DNA of 62,748 nucleotides, filler included, from Sphacelaria rigidula (GCA_964200075.2; 7 parts of 7 records of this genome joined end to end with filler, not necessarily neighbours in it), one strand, 5' to 3'; shown: positions 1-13,069, counted from the first letter of the whole stretch. The notes: generated by a model from the letters alone, not told the origin. Translations and numbers: made by a program.

Positions 1-166
1 AATATCGCGCCGTGCGTCGCGTGAGCGAGGTTCACGCCTACTCTTGGCTGGCCCAGCTCGTATTGTTGTGACTGCTCGGTGTATCTTGTGCTGAGACGGC
101 GATACGATCACCACTTCACGAAAAGGGTCAACAGTAGAGCAAAAAAGAGTAAAACATAACTTTTCA

Positions 167-641
167 GGCCGCTCCATATCATGGGCAAAAGTAAAAATCT
201 GGAAAAGTGCCTTTTTTGAGCTTTTATATTGTTTTACGCACCAAAAGACAGCTAGGCGGAGTGTGACACCTTGGAATGACTTGCTCTACTAGTTGAGGCG
301 GTTCCACGACATCTTCTCGTTTTCCGGTGACCGCAGTTTTCATTTTGGCCAAACAAGAATTTTTGTCCAAGAACGGTGAAAAACAGTCAAATCTAGAAAT
401 ATCGCTACTTTTCTCTCGATATGACTGATTTTTGCTGTTGGACAAAAATTCTTGTTTGGCTAAAGTGAACACGGCGGCCACCGGAAAACGGGAAGATGTC
501 CTGGTACCGCCGCAACTAGTAGAGCAAGTCACTCCAAGGTGTCGAACTCCGCCTGGCTCTCTTTTGGGGCGTGAAACGACGTGAGAGCTCCAGAAAGGCA
601 CTTTTTTAGATTTTTATTCTCGTCTATGATAAGGAGCGGCC
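167..641. mobile_element. Palindromic PIF/Harbinger (Tourist-like) MITE, family A, 475 bp
   Basis: Termini are GGCCGCTCC(A/T)TATCAT. TCA is duplicated at 164-166 and 642-644. Arms of ~200 bp are reverse-complementary around a short loop (~375-435). Confidence 0.85.
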
Positions 642-649
642 TCAGCGGA

Positions 650-917
650 GGGCAGAGTGTACCCTCCTGTTATGCTCACAAAAAAGGGTACTCTCACAGG
701 CTCTCGTTTTCGGCGCCGTGGTTCAGCCCGGTAACACTTGTGAAAATGAAAAACATTGGACGGGTATGCTGCCCAGACACCCTGGGCGTGGGGCTGAGGC
801 GCTGGAACGTGTTTTCGAGGTGTTTAGCCCGGGTGCAGCGCCGCTCCCCATAGCGAAAATGCGTCACCCTTTTTTGTTCCAAAAGTACCGGTGTGCACCC
901 TTTTTTGTATATTGCCC
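650..917. repeat. Degenerate foldback adjacent to MITE family A
   Basis: CAAAAAAGGGT (679) pairs with ACCCTTTTTTG (866, 897). The inner GGCGCCG..CCCGG..AACAC segment has a matching complement. Ends are GGGCA...TGCCC with no clear TSD. Confidence 0.4.
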
Positions 918-2267
918 AACAAAGAATGTGTTCTTGATACTTGGATAATGTAATGTACTGTAATGTCAGTACTATACAGCATCGGCATTTCGGAGGTTCT
1001 TCGTGGGAAATTGAGATTGAGACAGGATCTTTCGATATTTCGGTGCCAATCGGTGCAAAACATAAACCGCCAAAATGAGTCCAAGCAGGTCATTTCGTTT
1101 TGGGTCCGATACGAGTTGGTCTGAAGGACTGGAAAAGGTAACATGCATCCCACGGTGCCACATCTAAGGTGGGGAGTTGCTGCGCTCAGGATACGCTGAT
1201 ACCAGCGCTCCAAGCGAAATGAAGAGGAGAATGTTCCTCCATGCTGGAGGAAAGTGCGTTTTAAATCGTTTTTATGAGAGGTGACGCACATGCAGCACAG
1301 AAGATGAGAAGGCAAATGTGCAATCCACCATATCCAAGCTATTTGGTGGTCAGGTACAAGATGGGGGAGCGAGAGAATGCACGCCCAAGCACGTGATATA
1401 TCTCCTTCATACTGGGTGGCAAAGCGAGAATGCAACATGCACGTTCTCTCCGCCTTTATCTTGTCACTAGCCAACACAGGTTTTGCGCCACGACGGGGTA
1501 GATACTGTAGAGAGAACAGCGAGGGCGAGGTCAGGGGAAAAGACAGCGCGCGGGGCTGGGGGGGTGGGGGCGGAGGGGGCGGGGGGGGCAGGAGAGACAG
1601 GGGGAGATATAAAGAAAGTAGCGATAGACGAGTATAAAGGCCGTACCTTGGCGCAGAACTCGGTACAAATCCAAGCTTTCCTCCCCCACAGGCATGAGGC
1701 GAAGCAGCCACAAAGTGCAACATCAAGTTGATGATGAATGTTCGCTGATAGTGCTGTTGATATGGTTTCCTTGGCCGAAAGTGATGGTCGTCTCTGTTGT
1801 GTCTATGATACTTCTGGTGATCGTCGACACTGGCGATGCACATGGTCTCTGGGACCACGCTCTGTCGCTCTCTATTTCCCCTCCCCTCCTTTTCTCACTT
1901 CGCCGCTGCTTTATTGAGCTGGGGTGTGCCGACGAGCCGATCTAGTTCACAGATCACACGGTCCCCGAGAATCATGAAAGTTCATTAATGGTCGTTTTCC
2001 AATAGCCTAGTCAACTCCGACTGCCAGGTTCCTCATCTCCAACTTTCTCGCGGCTGTGATATACTTCTTAAGTGTGGAGGAGTATCAAATGTAGATCTCT
2101 AGTGTAGTGATCTATCCCTTACCGTAGAATCAATAGTTCAATGCACAGTTACTCGTCTATCTTTTGGACTGCAGGTCTGAAAACTTATGCTTAGCACAAC
2201 TGAAAGAGGTCTCTATTTTAGATCCCCACTGCTGCATCGATCCCCACTGGTATACGAACTAATGTGA

Positions 2268-2352
2268 AGACAACCACAACCACAACAACAACAACAACAA
2301 CAACAACCCACCGCTCTGCTGCAGCTTTTATATATGGATATATATATATATA
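2268..2352. repeat. (CAA)n and (TA)n microsatellites
   Basis: Directly visible in the sequence. Confidence 0.9.
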
Positions 2353-5300
2353 CATCTGTATATGTATTTGTGGGGTTCCTTCTTTTCATTTTTGAATGGG
2401 AGTATTTTGCGCGCTTGTTTTTCACAGCCTTCTCTTCTCCAGGTTCTAGTGCGACACATACCACATAATTGTTGTTGTTCTGTAAATACCATCGACGGAA
2501 AAATCGGATTCTTGTTCCCTCCCAGTGTGACGTTTTTATCATGTTCCCCCCCCGCGCGCGCCCGCCTATTCCTAGGGATGAATTCGAGATTGACCTATGA
2601 GTCCCCCGCACACGAGATAAAAAGTACAGTCCTATTTGGTACCGCGAACCTGAGAAGACAATCAAGGCATATGTACCTACTTAAAAAAACAGAATTGGAT
2701 TGGTACCAATTTTTTTTTGGTTTCCCGGATCGTTCGGCACGCTCACACATCCAAAGTTAATCCCCGAGGGTTTAGCTGTGAGTCAACGTATTACATCAGC
2801 AAAAGAGGAGGAAAGTAAGGCGACACACCGGTGAGTTCAACACTGCGCAAAACAACAAGCGCACCATATCTGATCCTCACACACGTGCACAATACTGCAC
2901 CGGGGCTTACTCGTTCGCGAATTTTTGTTCTGCCGACCAGATCTCATCGTTTTACAAGTATGTCGTACCTTTCTCCCCGTAGTTGCCCCTCTTCCCTACC
3001 CGGCACCCGCGCACGGTAGCGGCATGATGAGGTGAACTACTGTGCCGTAACATCAAGGATGGCATTATCTATGGCAAGCGATGCTACATAGGGACGTGCA
3101 GCCATCATGTGTCTCGGTTTGCGCGTTTTGCCCCATGTATAGCGGGGGGCATCTGGATCTACAACGGTAATCCTCTGAAAGATGAACGAACCCAGGTTGA
3201 ACTTTAGTAGCGTCGACGACTCCTCCCCCTCCGAGGCACCACCTGTACTCGATGAATCGATTTGCGGATCTGTCTGCCGCGCACGGGTTGCCAGGTCGCT
3301 GGGAGAATTTATATTTCCGTCAACTACAGTCGTGCGTCTACTATATCGCCCCTTGGGTACACTTGACTTCTGTCGTACCTCTTTTTTCTCACCAAAACCT
3401 GCGTTTTCATGTCACGAGTTGAAGCTGACCACACTGCACGTAAAAACCAGAAAGGAACACGATCGTGTCGGTAGTGTGGAACAGCAGCACTGCGGGACTC
3501 GTGCCGTGAAGAAACAGGACGGAGAGCAAGAGATGTAGCCTCTTGTGCTAAGTGCCTTGATGCCCGCTCACGTGGCGCGTGCCGCCTCTATCGAGCTAGG
3601 AAATATGTGCATCACATTCTCGTCCTGCACACAGGTCAGAACTAGTGCACTGCAGCAGTGCAGTATGTAGCTCCTTGCTGGAGTTCATCCCGTTCCCGGT
3701 TGATAACGCCCACCGCAAGATAACAGTGCTACACTACAGACTTGATATACTGGAGTGTCACGGAAAGTCAAGGCAAAGCCTAGAGTTTAAAGACGGAGGA
3801 GGGGGGATATTACCGCGTATTCCGTCAAAATCGTCAATCAACCGAACATATGAACATATCCAACGTCTCGTCTTCCTTTTCTTGCTCCGTCATCAGTTCT
3901 CCGAGACCACGTTCCCGACGTTCCCGAGGTTCCGTTATTCTCTACTGTACCGCGTGGGCAACGTCCCGCAAGAAGACACTTCCCGCGACTAACAGCTTGA
4001 TTACCGGTCTTGAGTAGTCCTCGACGAAAGACTCTCAGCTGCTCACGACACGGCACATATGGAAAGCAATGATCTATGTTTACCATTATAGACATATTCT
4101 CAAATGCAAATTGCAGTTCAACCAGCAAGGTTGCTCTCTTGTGGGGTATTCGCGGAAGTGCGGGATTTTGGTCGTCGTTGGTTGGCATTCTAAACCCTAC
4201 CGAAATGTGTACATGTGTACCGAACAGTCGTGTATGGTTCGGCAGGATGTCTAGCTCTGTCCCGAACCCTCCTGTGTGGTCAGGGAGGGTATTTCCCCAT
4301 GAGATGTCTGTACTACATCTCTGTAGACACCCAAATTCCGAGCAGCATCGGCTGCAGAATACAACCTTGGAACAATGTCATAACGAGGTCGAAACAGCTC
4401 AGTACAGAAGAGGTATCTCCAAGTCGAGGTTCCCGACAGATTTTCACAGTAATAACTGATCAATTCAGCAGAAACCTCACTTCGGCAATCAATCAATCGA
4501 ACAATCAAATCTAGACTTTTGATATCCCTCCGGTTGGGTCATCGTCATGGTCTGCACGCCATACCGCCACGTGGTCGAGTCAGCGACCGACATCCCAGGT
4601 GGGCGATTCACACTTCGGGCGCACACAGACGGGCACGAACGGCTGCTAATCATTTTGTAGGTGAGGATAATATCGATGCAGCAGATGGACACGGGTGATC
4701 GAAGGGTTATCCATATTCGTAAACGCATCTTCACCTCCTCGACGGCAGGCATTGTTGGATCATCACTGCAGCAGGACACGTTGTTTTCACCCGTAATGAA
4801 GTTTTACATCGTCAACACGGGGAGTTAGGTCATGTATGGACTCGAAATGCCTCGCAGCCAAGGAGTTGACAATCCAAGGACGGTTTTGTTCCCAACCCGT
4901 TACCAACAACCCGTGCTGCGCCCGTCGAGCACGTCAGACATTGACAGAACGTTCATCAACACTCTTCCCCCCCCCCCTGCCCCCCATCCCGCCATATTTA
5001 GATATGTGAGCGGTTTTTGTGTAATACATGGGAGGAACGCAACGGGAGCCCGAATGCTCCAAGCGTCTCGATTAGGAGCAGGACTTGGGTGCTCCGTGTG
5101 GGAAGGGATGCAGGGCCAGTGGTCAAATGACTTGAGGCAAACGACCACTGAGTGCGCTCCCCTTCCCCCCTCCCGCTCAAACTAATTTTCGAAGCCAGAC
5201 AAATTACTATCCCCTGACCACTGGACGGTTTTCTGCTACAGAAAACGGATGGTGTCCATGGCAACAATGGCCACGCGCTCATTTACCTTGAATCCTACCC

Positions 5301-7162
5301 TCTGATATATGCCCCCCATCAGTTCTCTGGAGAGCAGGTTCGCAGAGGTTTTAGAGTTCCGTAAACCAACTACTGCACTGTCTGTGCAAACCCAAATACG
5401 AGCTGGGCCGGCCTCAAAGCTGAGAAGCCTTCCACCGAATGTCTCGAAAACTGCGGCGATATGTCGCCAAGTAAGCATGTCTCTGATGTGATGAAAAGAT
5501 CGAAGAAGATCGCTACGCGTTTGCTCCGGCAGCTCTCAGTGCACTTCAGTGTGTTCATACAAGGGGAAAGATCGTGTGCCGAAAATGGACTGGTCGAGTA
5601 CAGAGCGAAACCGTGGTCAAATGGTCAGCCTATCACCATCAATGTGGAGAACGTTGGTTCGACCCCCTCAGATCCCCCCCCGCATCCCCCGCCCCCGCCC
5701 CCCCCCCCCGCGCACCATCGCAACACAGCGGATGGAGNNNNNNNNGCCCCCCCCCCCCCCCTTCTCGCTGTACAGAACGAATTCATACAGAGGTTATACA
5801 GGGTCTCCGTGTCAGTGTTTACAGCTAAGCCAAGCACGTCAAAAATGACTTTCCAGCGCCGAAATCCCTGAATCGCCTTGCGTGAAAGAGGTCGTTTTTC
5901 TCGGTGCCGTGTCGTCCCCCTCGTTGGTAAGCTGTTCCTCCCCAAGACCGCCTGGCGCGCGAGGGTACACCAACCACACATGGTGACGAGACTTGGAACG
6001 TTGAGTCATTCGGGTTTTGGGGGCTGCCGTAGGGATGGCCCTTGATGAGAGATTGACCTCATGTATGGTGGCGATTCGCCTGGGGAAACACGTCGAGCGC
6101 GGTAACAGACATGCTCTCGCGAGCCCCGACCTTTACCGAGCACTCGAAATTGTCCTATACATGAAAATCGGTCAACGTTTGTGAAGGATTACAGAACCAT
6201 GTGCGTTCGAATTTAAATGGCCATTCGTTGGCATCGAAAAGAGAGATGAAACATCTACCGAGTAGAACGACCTCGCTGGCCCCTAACTTCAGACTTGGGA
6301 TGTCTGTCGACGGCTATGAAAAACACTGAAATATGGTCATGCTCCTCACCTTCGGTGCTGGCACCCGGCGCCCAACGTGAGTCAGTGCATTCGTCGTCCG
6401 GAGCCCTGCCCCTGCAAGGATTACCAGCTACAAGTCCACGTGGTGTACTCACACGCTTTGTACACCCTACACCGAGCGAGAAGCTGTGACCTACACGCCC
6501 TCTGTCCGGGTAAGACAGGCCGCACCCATCACCCACAAGTGCTACCCATATTCGTGCCCACATCAACCGGTTGCAGCATTCTCGAGAACGCTTTAGGACA
6601 TCCATGCATGTACCCTACTGTACTTCTGCCTACAGTTTATCACCTTCCCCCCCCCCCCCGGCGCAACAGCCTTGTATTATCGCAAGTGATTGTGAAGGAC
6701 TCACTGTGACCATTTTTTTTAATCACATTTACGGCACCAAGATGTACCTTGCGAAATATCCTCACCGCTCGCCAGCGACGAAGCTTCCTCGAGGATGCTC
6801 ATCTCGTCGCGAGAACCGGTGCCAGGCTCATTGATTAGGAAGGGCGACAGGTAGGCTACCATTGGGGACTGGAGAGTACCCACTACAATCTACAACCTGA
6901 AGCAGATACCCTCCCCCACCCCACTCTCCCCTCGCCCCGCTCAGTCCTCAGCACAACGAATGCTTGGTGTCACAGCATCGAAATTAAACCAGTCCCTTCC
7001 CCTAATACATAGCCCACCTTCCAGTTTGTTTCCGAACTTATCGGACAGCACTCCGTCCCGCGACACGCCCACCTCCTTCTTGTCTAATAGTATTTGTCCC
7101 CTTACTTTTTTTTTTGTATTGCCTCAAACTAACTAAAATGAAACAGATAAGTGTCATAAACC

Positions 7163-7390
7163 ATGGCCCCGTCCTCGCGAGCACCGCGCCCCACCTCGGT
7201 TGGGGTGCTTTCCGCCCTACTGCTGGCGACACCGGCCTTCTCTGCGGTCCACCGTATCAAGATGACCAAGACATCTGACGAGGAGTTTGGTGAGATGAAG
7301 CTTGCGCAGTACATGAGCCAGCACCCAGAGCCGAACATGATGTGGGATTCATTTGAGAAGATGACCGAACACCTGCAGGACGGCCAGGAG
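7163..7390 (+). CDS. Exon 1 of a secreted protein (signal peptide; possible A1 aspartic protease propeptide)
   Basis: ATG lies in an AAACCATGG context. A hydrophobic leader VGVLSALLLATPAFS is followed by AVHRIKMTK, resembling the pepsin/cathepsin D propeptide start (LxRIPLxK). Phase-0 donor GAG|GTGCGT. The family assignment is inference. Confidence 0.65.
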
Positions 7391-8397
7391 GTGCGTAACG
7401 GGGATGTTGTTCCTAGGAGGGGGTGAAGCAGTTACACGAGAAAATACGTTGTGGCGATGGATATCATACCCTGAATCTCGATTTGTATACCCCGATATAT
7501 GGGGGGTATATCGTGTGTGTATATGTGTATGACACTTTCTATGGTAGCCCCCCCCAGAACCAGTCCGAAAGTGTCACGAAAAGATGGCCCTACAGCGCCT
7601 GATGTTTGGGTTCAAGCTGCATGAAGCGCCTCATATTGGCGACATTGGCTAGAGCGAACCCATGCGCGTGAATTCCCAGCTGCTCGTTGTGTTGGGCTTC
7701 TCCCATTTCGATTTACGTGAACATTTTGCCTCACAGAACCATGTACTGGTTGGGGGGGGGGGGAGCTACGTGAATCACACGTGCCTAGTGGGTGAAAAAT
7801 GCGGCAGGGGGAAAGCCCCCTATCGGCCGTAAGAGTAATACCGTAGCCCGAGAGACCGGACGATCAAGAAGATACGGAGATGATTTCAAAATTGTTGGAG
7901 GTGAAGTACTATATTTCAGGGTTTCAGGGGAAGCCCGCGTGGGCGTGTATTGGAGCCACGTGACATGGAAGGATTGAAAAAACATCATTTTTGTTCAAGG
8001 GAGGCCCAAGGACAATACCATATACTCCATTTTTCTTCTTGTGGCCTATCTCGCGCCCCCTATATATATGTGTGTACTCCGTTTAAATCCATCTACGATT
8101 TTTTCTTCAATCGACAACATATTTTGTCATGTATATACGTGTCGAGGTCTGTCGTGGAGAGCGCACACGCTGGGAGCCGAGGCAGCCCTCATCATGGGCG
8201 CACGTGAACTCCACAATAGTCCGAGAGATGAAGCAGTTCCGAGGAGAACGAAAAAATGGAAAAAAAATGGCCCAGCAAATGAAGACACCATCTCTTGGGT
8301 GTTTTTTCTTTTTTTGCTTTTGTTTTGATTGCATGTACCGTTTTTGACTAGTCGGTGTAATTCATCACCTGTCCTCCGTGATACGTACGTACTGCAG

Positions 8398-8687
8398 ATG
8401 GACAATATGGCGGAAGCCCACACGAAGTGGGGTCGAGAGATCGCAATGAAGATGGATCACGGGCAGCACCACCGAGGAGGCCACGAGGATGGTGTTCGAG
8501 AGGCCGCTATGGAGTTCGAAGGAGCAGCGAAGCACCACAGAGGAGAGGACCACCGCCACGAGGAAGGAGGCAGAGGAGAGCACCACCGCCACGAGGGAGA
8601 AGGAAGGGGAGAGCACCACCGACACGAGGAAGAAGGCCCTACTACCCTCATGGAGTGGATGTCACCCCACAGGAAACAACACGGAAG
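8398..8687 (+). CDS. Exon 2 of the same secreted protein, His/Glu/Gly-rich repeats
   Basis: Acceptor ACTGCAG|ATG is in phase with exon 1. Translation is MDNMAEAHTKWG...(EHHRHEEGGRG)x~3. The exon ends at AAG|GTGAA, or alternatively runs to the stop at 8691. Confidence 0.65.
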
Positions 8688-8879
8688 GTGAAACGAACAA
8701 TGTCGACGGGGACTGACTTGAGAGATCTGACCGATGGTGGAACTTGTCGAACATGGGCACAGAACAGTACCAGTTCCCCGGTAACAACATCCCCCCCCCC
8801 CCACCTACAACCATGTTACCCAATCGACAAAACCCTCACTTTGTGTGACGGGGGAAAAACTTGAACATAATTACAACCC

Positions 8880-8979
8880 NNNNNNNNNNNNNNNNNNNNN
8901 NNNNNNNNNNNNNNNNNNNNNNNTTAATTAATTAANNNNNNNNNNNNNNNNNNNNNNNNNNNNNNNNNNNNNNNNNNNN
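8880..8979. other. Artificial contig linker (N44-TTAATTAATTAA-N44)
   Basis: 100-bp spacer with six-frame stop core. Confidence 0.98.
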
Positions 8980-9312
8980 TCCTTGTATAGCTCACATTCT
9001 GCCACTATATGACTTCTGCTCTCTATTGCTTTGCCACAGAGGCAGTTCTGCCCATCTTCTTCCTCGTCTCTTCGACGACTGGTACATCTCTCTCTTTCTG
9101 GCAGGTCTCGGTCCCCCTCCCGAAATCGCAGTTTCATATACTTTCGCCGCGTCCATTGGGCCATGCAAATATGCTTTCATCCCTATCCCCTCTCCCAACC
9201 ACCCGTATATCTCCAGTTGTTCTTCCTCGTCTACTTTGTGTCTGAGCGCTCCTTTTTCCCTTATTTCGATCATATCTCTGACTTTTGCCTTGTACCCCGC
9301 GTCTCCATCTAT
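8980..9312 (-). mobile_element. LINE (non-LTR retrotransposon) ORF2 C-terminal fragment
   Basis: Frameshifted peptide ...LEIYGWLGEGIGMKAYLHGPMD / KLRFREGDRDLPE...CLCGKAIESRSHIVAECELYK carries a CCHC-type motif typical of LINE ORF2 ends. A second copy lies at 35376-35720. Confidence 0.6.
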
Positions 9313-11411
9313 GGACACCGGGGGCGGGGGGATTAAAAAAGACGTAAAGAAACCTTGTTGATCGTCCGCAGTGTACCCGCCTTTGGTGAAGTAACGAGCG
9401 ATGGTCGCCAACTCCAACAACTGTTTGAGGGGTCGAGCTTCCCGATTTTGTCTATCTGAGCTTTCCAGTTTTGCCGTAGTTTTGTCGGGTACTCGGGACC
9501 AGCACCGTGGCGCTCCGTGAGCGGACCTAAAATGTCACCCTTGAGCTGTCTGGTGAAATGCCAACAATATCCCCGTCGCCATGGCGTAACGGCGGCCCAA
9601 TGATACGTTGTTGGCGTCCCGCTTACGACGTGGGGTGTGTGTGCAGGGGAAAGTCCATCTAGGTTTCGGCGGATAGTCAGCCATTAAACGCAGGAGTTCT
9701 AGAAATGCGGGGACAGTCCACACTTTTTACGATAGCCCGCCTCCCAAAAGTGGCCGGTTTGGGAAGGCATTTTTTTCACGCACATCGAGATGAAAAAAGC
9801 CGAGCATAACGAACAGCTAGGAATTCCCATTCTTAGGCTCATTCTCGCCAATGTTGCCCATATGAGCGAACGTGACCATTCGGCTTACCCCATGAACATC
9901 CTCTATCGCGATTTGCATCCTCCCGAGGATAAAGTGATCCCCCGCAGGATAAAAATACCCTCTAGAGTGTATTTCATACTCAGTTCCGGACATAAAACGA
10001 ATCTTCTGGAGGACATCTGATGCTCCAGTGACCTCTGAGATCTGACTTCCTCGAGAGTAACACACAATATCGTGCTCTGGAGAGCTGCGCATCCTCGAAG
10101 TTCCTCCAGACGGTGCGCGGCCCTCCAAAGGCCAAACAAGCCTCTGGAGGGGTTCGATCCCACCCCTCTGGAGGGCCGCGCACCCTCTAGAGGCGTTTAG
10201 TTCCTCTGGAGGCTCGAAACGTTGACCGGAACAGAGTATTTTTGGGAGTAGTGTGATAAAGAAGGGCTCCACATACCTTCCTAGATGAGTATTCATCAAT
10301 GTGCTGCAAGCTTGGTGAAATGCACAAGGTGCAATGTGTCCGAGCAGAGCAAGCTATAGATATGTGCTTCGCACACAGGTTCACGTGACTGTTGGTCAAC
10401 AGTAGCAAACAAAGGAGCTCGAAGGCTTGGTATCTTGTCGTTTTCGCTTATTATTCTCTTGCTCGCCTGGCGTACTGTTCTCACCGAAGGTAAGCAGTAG
10501 ATGCAGATGGTCCAGCTCAGAGAGTGATCGAGGGTGCAAGCAACACAACCTCTCTGACCTAGGCCCGAGAAGGCGTTCCTTCTCCTCGGGGCTAGGGTAC
10601 GCAGTAATTCTGCATGCCAACCTTCTCCAAAACTATGAGAGTAATCCCATGAACAGATCGGATGATCTGTAAGTCAACTTGCCCCAAAACTGTCTGAAGG
10701 AACAAATAACGCCTCTTTATTCTCCTTCCTCATGACGCTCACCCACCCAGACGAACCTTTATTTGAGTTGCGATGAAATCTCAAGAGCAACTAAAATTGA
10801 GGCTTGTCTCACCCATCAAGTCATGAGGAGACAACGCGAAAAAAAACAAGAGGGCAATGGCCAGCCCGCGCCCGATTCTCCCACACCTCAAACGAGAAAA
10901 ACCAAAGGTGCCTCAAAAAGCGCAATTACGCAATTGCGGTTGATTGCGCAGTAGCATACAATGCTGCTGCGAGCTAGCGAACAGACGGGAAAAGCACACA
11001 ATCCTGTGACGCGCTAGCTAGATAAAAAGCAAAGGAAAGCCTTGCGAAGGACACAGTAACAATCTCAAGCAGGGAAACAAAAACTCAAGGACCCGAATAG
11101 GGTCGAGTGCCAGCCAGACAAAGTGGTGGTAGCGTAGAGGCCAATGGAAGGGGGCGAAGGGGATCCAAAGGAAGGCGTCGAAGGGGTCGATGAGGGCAGA
11201 GATGAGCCGTGATAGGAGAGCCATAGTGGGTGAAGCAGTGAAGAGAAGAGCGTACCTGAGTGGGGATAAGGGAAGTACCAGAACCAAACTGGGAGGGGAG
11301 AGAAAAATCGCGACAAAGGGAGCGCAAAGAGATAGGACTCAAGATGGTACATTGATGTCGTGTGTACAATCGATATTGCGCTGAAGGCCGGCGTAGGCCG
11401 TGTGACTTGAA

Positions 11412-11875
11412 GCGTTGTAGGCACCATGAACCGCGGGGTGCGGAGGGGCTAGTCGTGTATCAATCGGGGCGAAGCTTGAGCTGAACGGGCCCAGGGTCGT
11501 CCAGGAAACGCACTAAGTATGTGTCGACCGCGAGGGCATCGACGGAGTGGATCTGACTTAGCCACCAGAGGTAATCGCTGCTCTTAAACCACAAATAGGC
11601 ACCTTGAGGGAGCGGTTGTTGTTTGACGCGAATCTTTTGTCCCATTGTTTGGTGGGTACGAGTTTGTAACCATTGGCTACAAACCGTAATCCTTTGTCGC
11701 GGTGGAGTTCGCGGGAAGCAGCACCGCGTCTCATGTTGCGATATCCCTTGTTGTCAGCGAGCTGTTGCTGTGGGAATTGTGTCCAGTAAAGAAGGATAGC
11801 ACGACGGTGCAGTTGAAGGTCGGACTCGCGTTCCCAAGACGCACGCCGAAGACCTTGCCAGAGTAAAAAGTTCCA
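11412..11875 (-). pseudogene. Chromodomain plus C-terminal Tudor-like extension of integrase
   Basis: LLWQGLRRASWERESDL is the second half of a chromodomain. It is followed by GAYLWFKSSDYLWWLSQIHSV...YLVRFLDDPGPVQLKL...GSWCLQ. The Tudor-like call is inference. Confidence 0.65.
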
Positions 11876-11879
11876 TGGA

Positions 11880-12080
11880 AATGACCGGCCATCGTATAGT
11901 CTGTCGAGAGGTTTTGCGAGCCTGACATTTGAAACATCGTCGGATCCAAAAGCGCGTGGATGCTTCCCTGCCGATCCACCAATAAAAGCGTTCAAGGAGC
12001 GCTAACGTGCGCGTGACGCCTATGTGGCAGGAAATATCAAAGTGACAGCCGTTCATGACCCACGGACGCATCATGATAGG
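11880..12080 (-). pseudogene. pol: Integrase N-terminal HHCC zinc-binding domain (catalytic core absent)
   Basis: CHFDISCHIGVTRTLALLERFYWWIG...CFKCQARK...RWPVIS. Confidence 0.85.
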
Positions 12081-13069
12081 GACATCGATGCGGATAGGGC
12101 CGTCATGACGCATATGTGCTGGAGTGGAAGTTGTGACTGCGGCAGCCGTGCCCAAATGGGAGTTGGATCGGTGAACAAGCAAATGGACGTCGTCGTCAGT
12201 CGCGAAGATAGTATTCTTGCGTGCAAGCTCGAGTACTTCGGGGGTGGTGGGGGCGGGTAGAGTACCCACGGGGGTCAGGATCTCAGCCGGGAAAGGGGTG
12301 GGGCAGTAAAGCCGTAAGTACCGCATTGTCGCGCGACAGAGTGGTTCCTGTTGTTGGTCGCGAGCCCAATCGCGGTGAGAGTAGCTAGCGAGATTTTCTC
12401 GAAGTTGTCCTTCAGCCGGAGAGCCAATCAAACATGATGGCTCAGGAAGGGGTGACACAGGTGAGGAAGCAGGGGTGCCGACGTCAACATCTTGATTCGG
12501 AAGAGGATCTGACGCATGCGTATAGCGAGTCAGAGGCGCAGGTGCAGGGAGATTCCCGGAAGGCGGCGTGGGGATAGCGCGAACTGGTGAACGTGATCGG
12601 CGCGTTGGGCGCACAAGGGGCGCGGACTTTGTCGGTACAACACTGGGCAAGCGACCGGTTGTGGTAGGTGTTGTACGGCTCGTGAGGGCACGAGGCGGCG
12701 GCGGCGACGCATTGCTAGAAGCGCCCGACGGCGGCGGTGGTATCACAGCACGCGAAGAATTTGCACGAGCTGCCGACCGAGAATGCGTGTTGTCGGAGAT
12801 GAGGTGAACAGTTGGTGGTGGCGGCGCCGAAACGTTCGCGCGAGGGGCGCAAGTGCGGAAGTCGGCAAAATCAGCAGCTGTGGGCGCTAAGCCATCCAAA
12901 ACTGCATCAGGGGGCAGAGGGCGGGGCCCCCCCATGTGCAGACCTGTTTCAGGGCATTGCAGGCCAAGCACGTAGATGGGCGTAGAAAAACGCCGACTGG
13001 GGTAGACGCCAGGTTCATCAGGTTCAGTCAAGGGGCAAGCGGGACTGAAATCTACTGCTGTAGGGGGCA

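Noticed and set aside
824-1858. 344-aa minus-strand ORF
   Set aside because: It has a non-ATG start, runs through a poly-G tract and a foldback repeat, and has no recognisable domain.
3180-4770. Possible minus-strand exons
   Set aside because: The protein-like frames contain stops and no family motif, so no gene model can be supported.
8924-8935. Recurring TTAATTAATTAA motif as a biological site
   Set aside because: It is always centred in N runs, so it is an artificial six-frame-stop linker.
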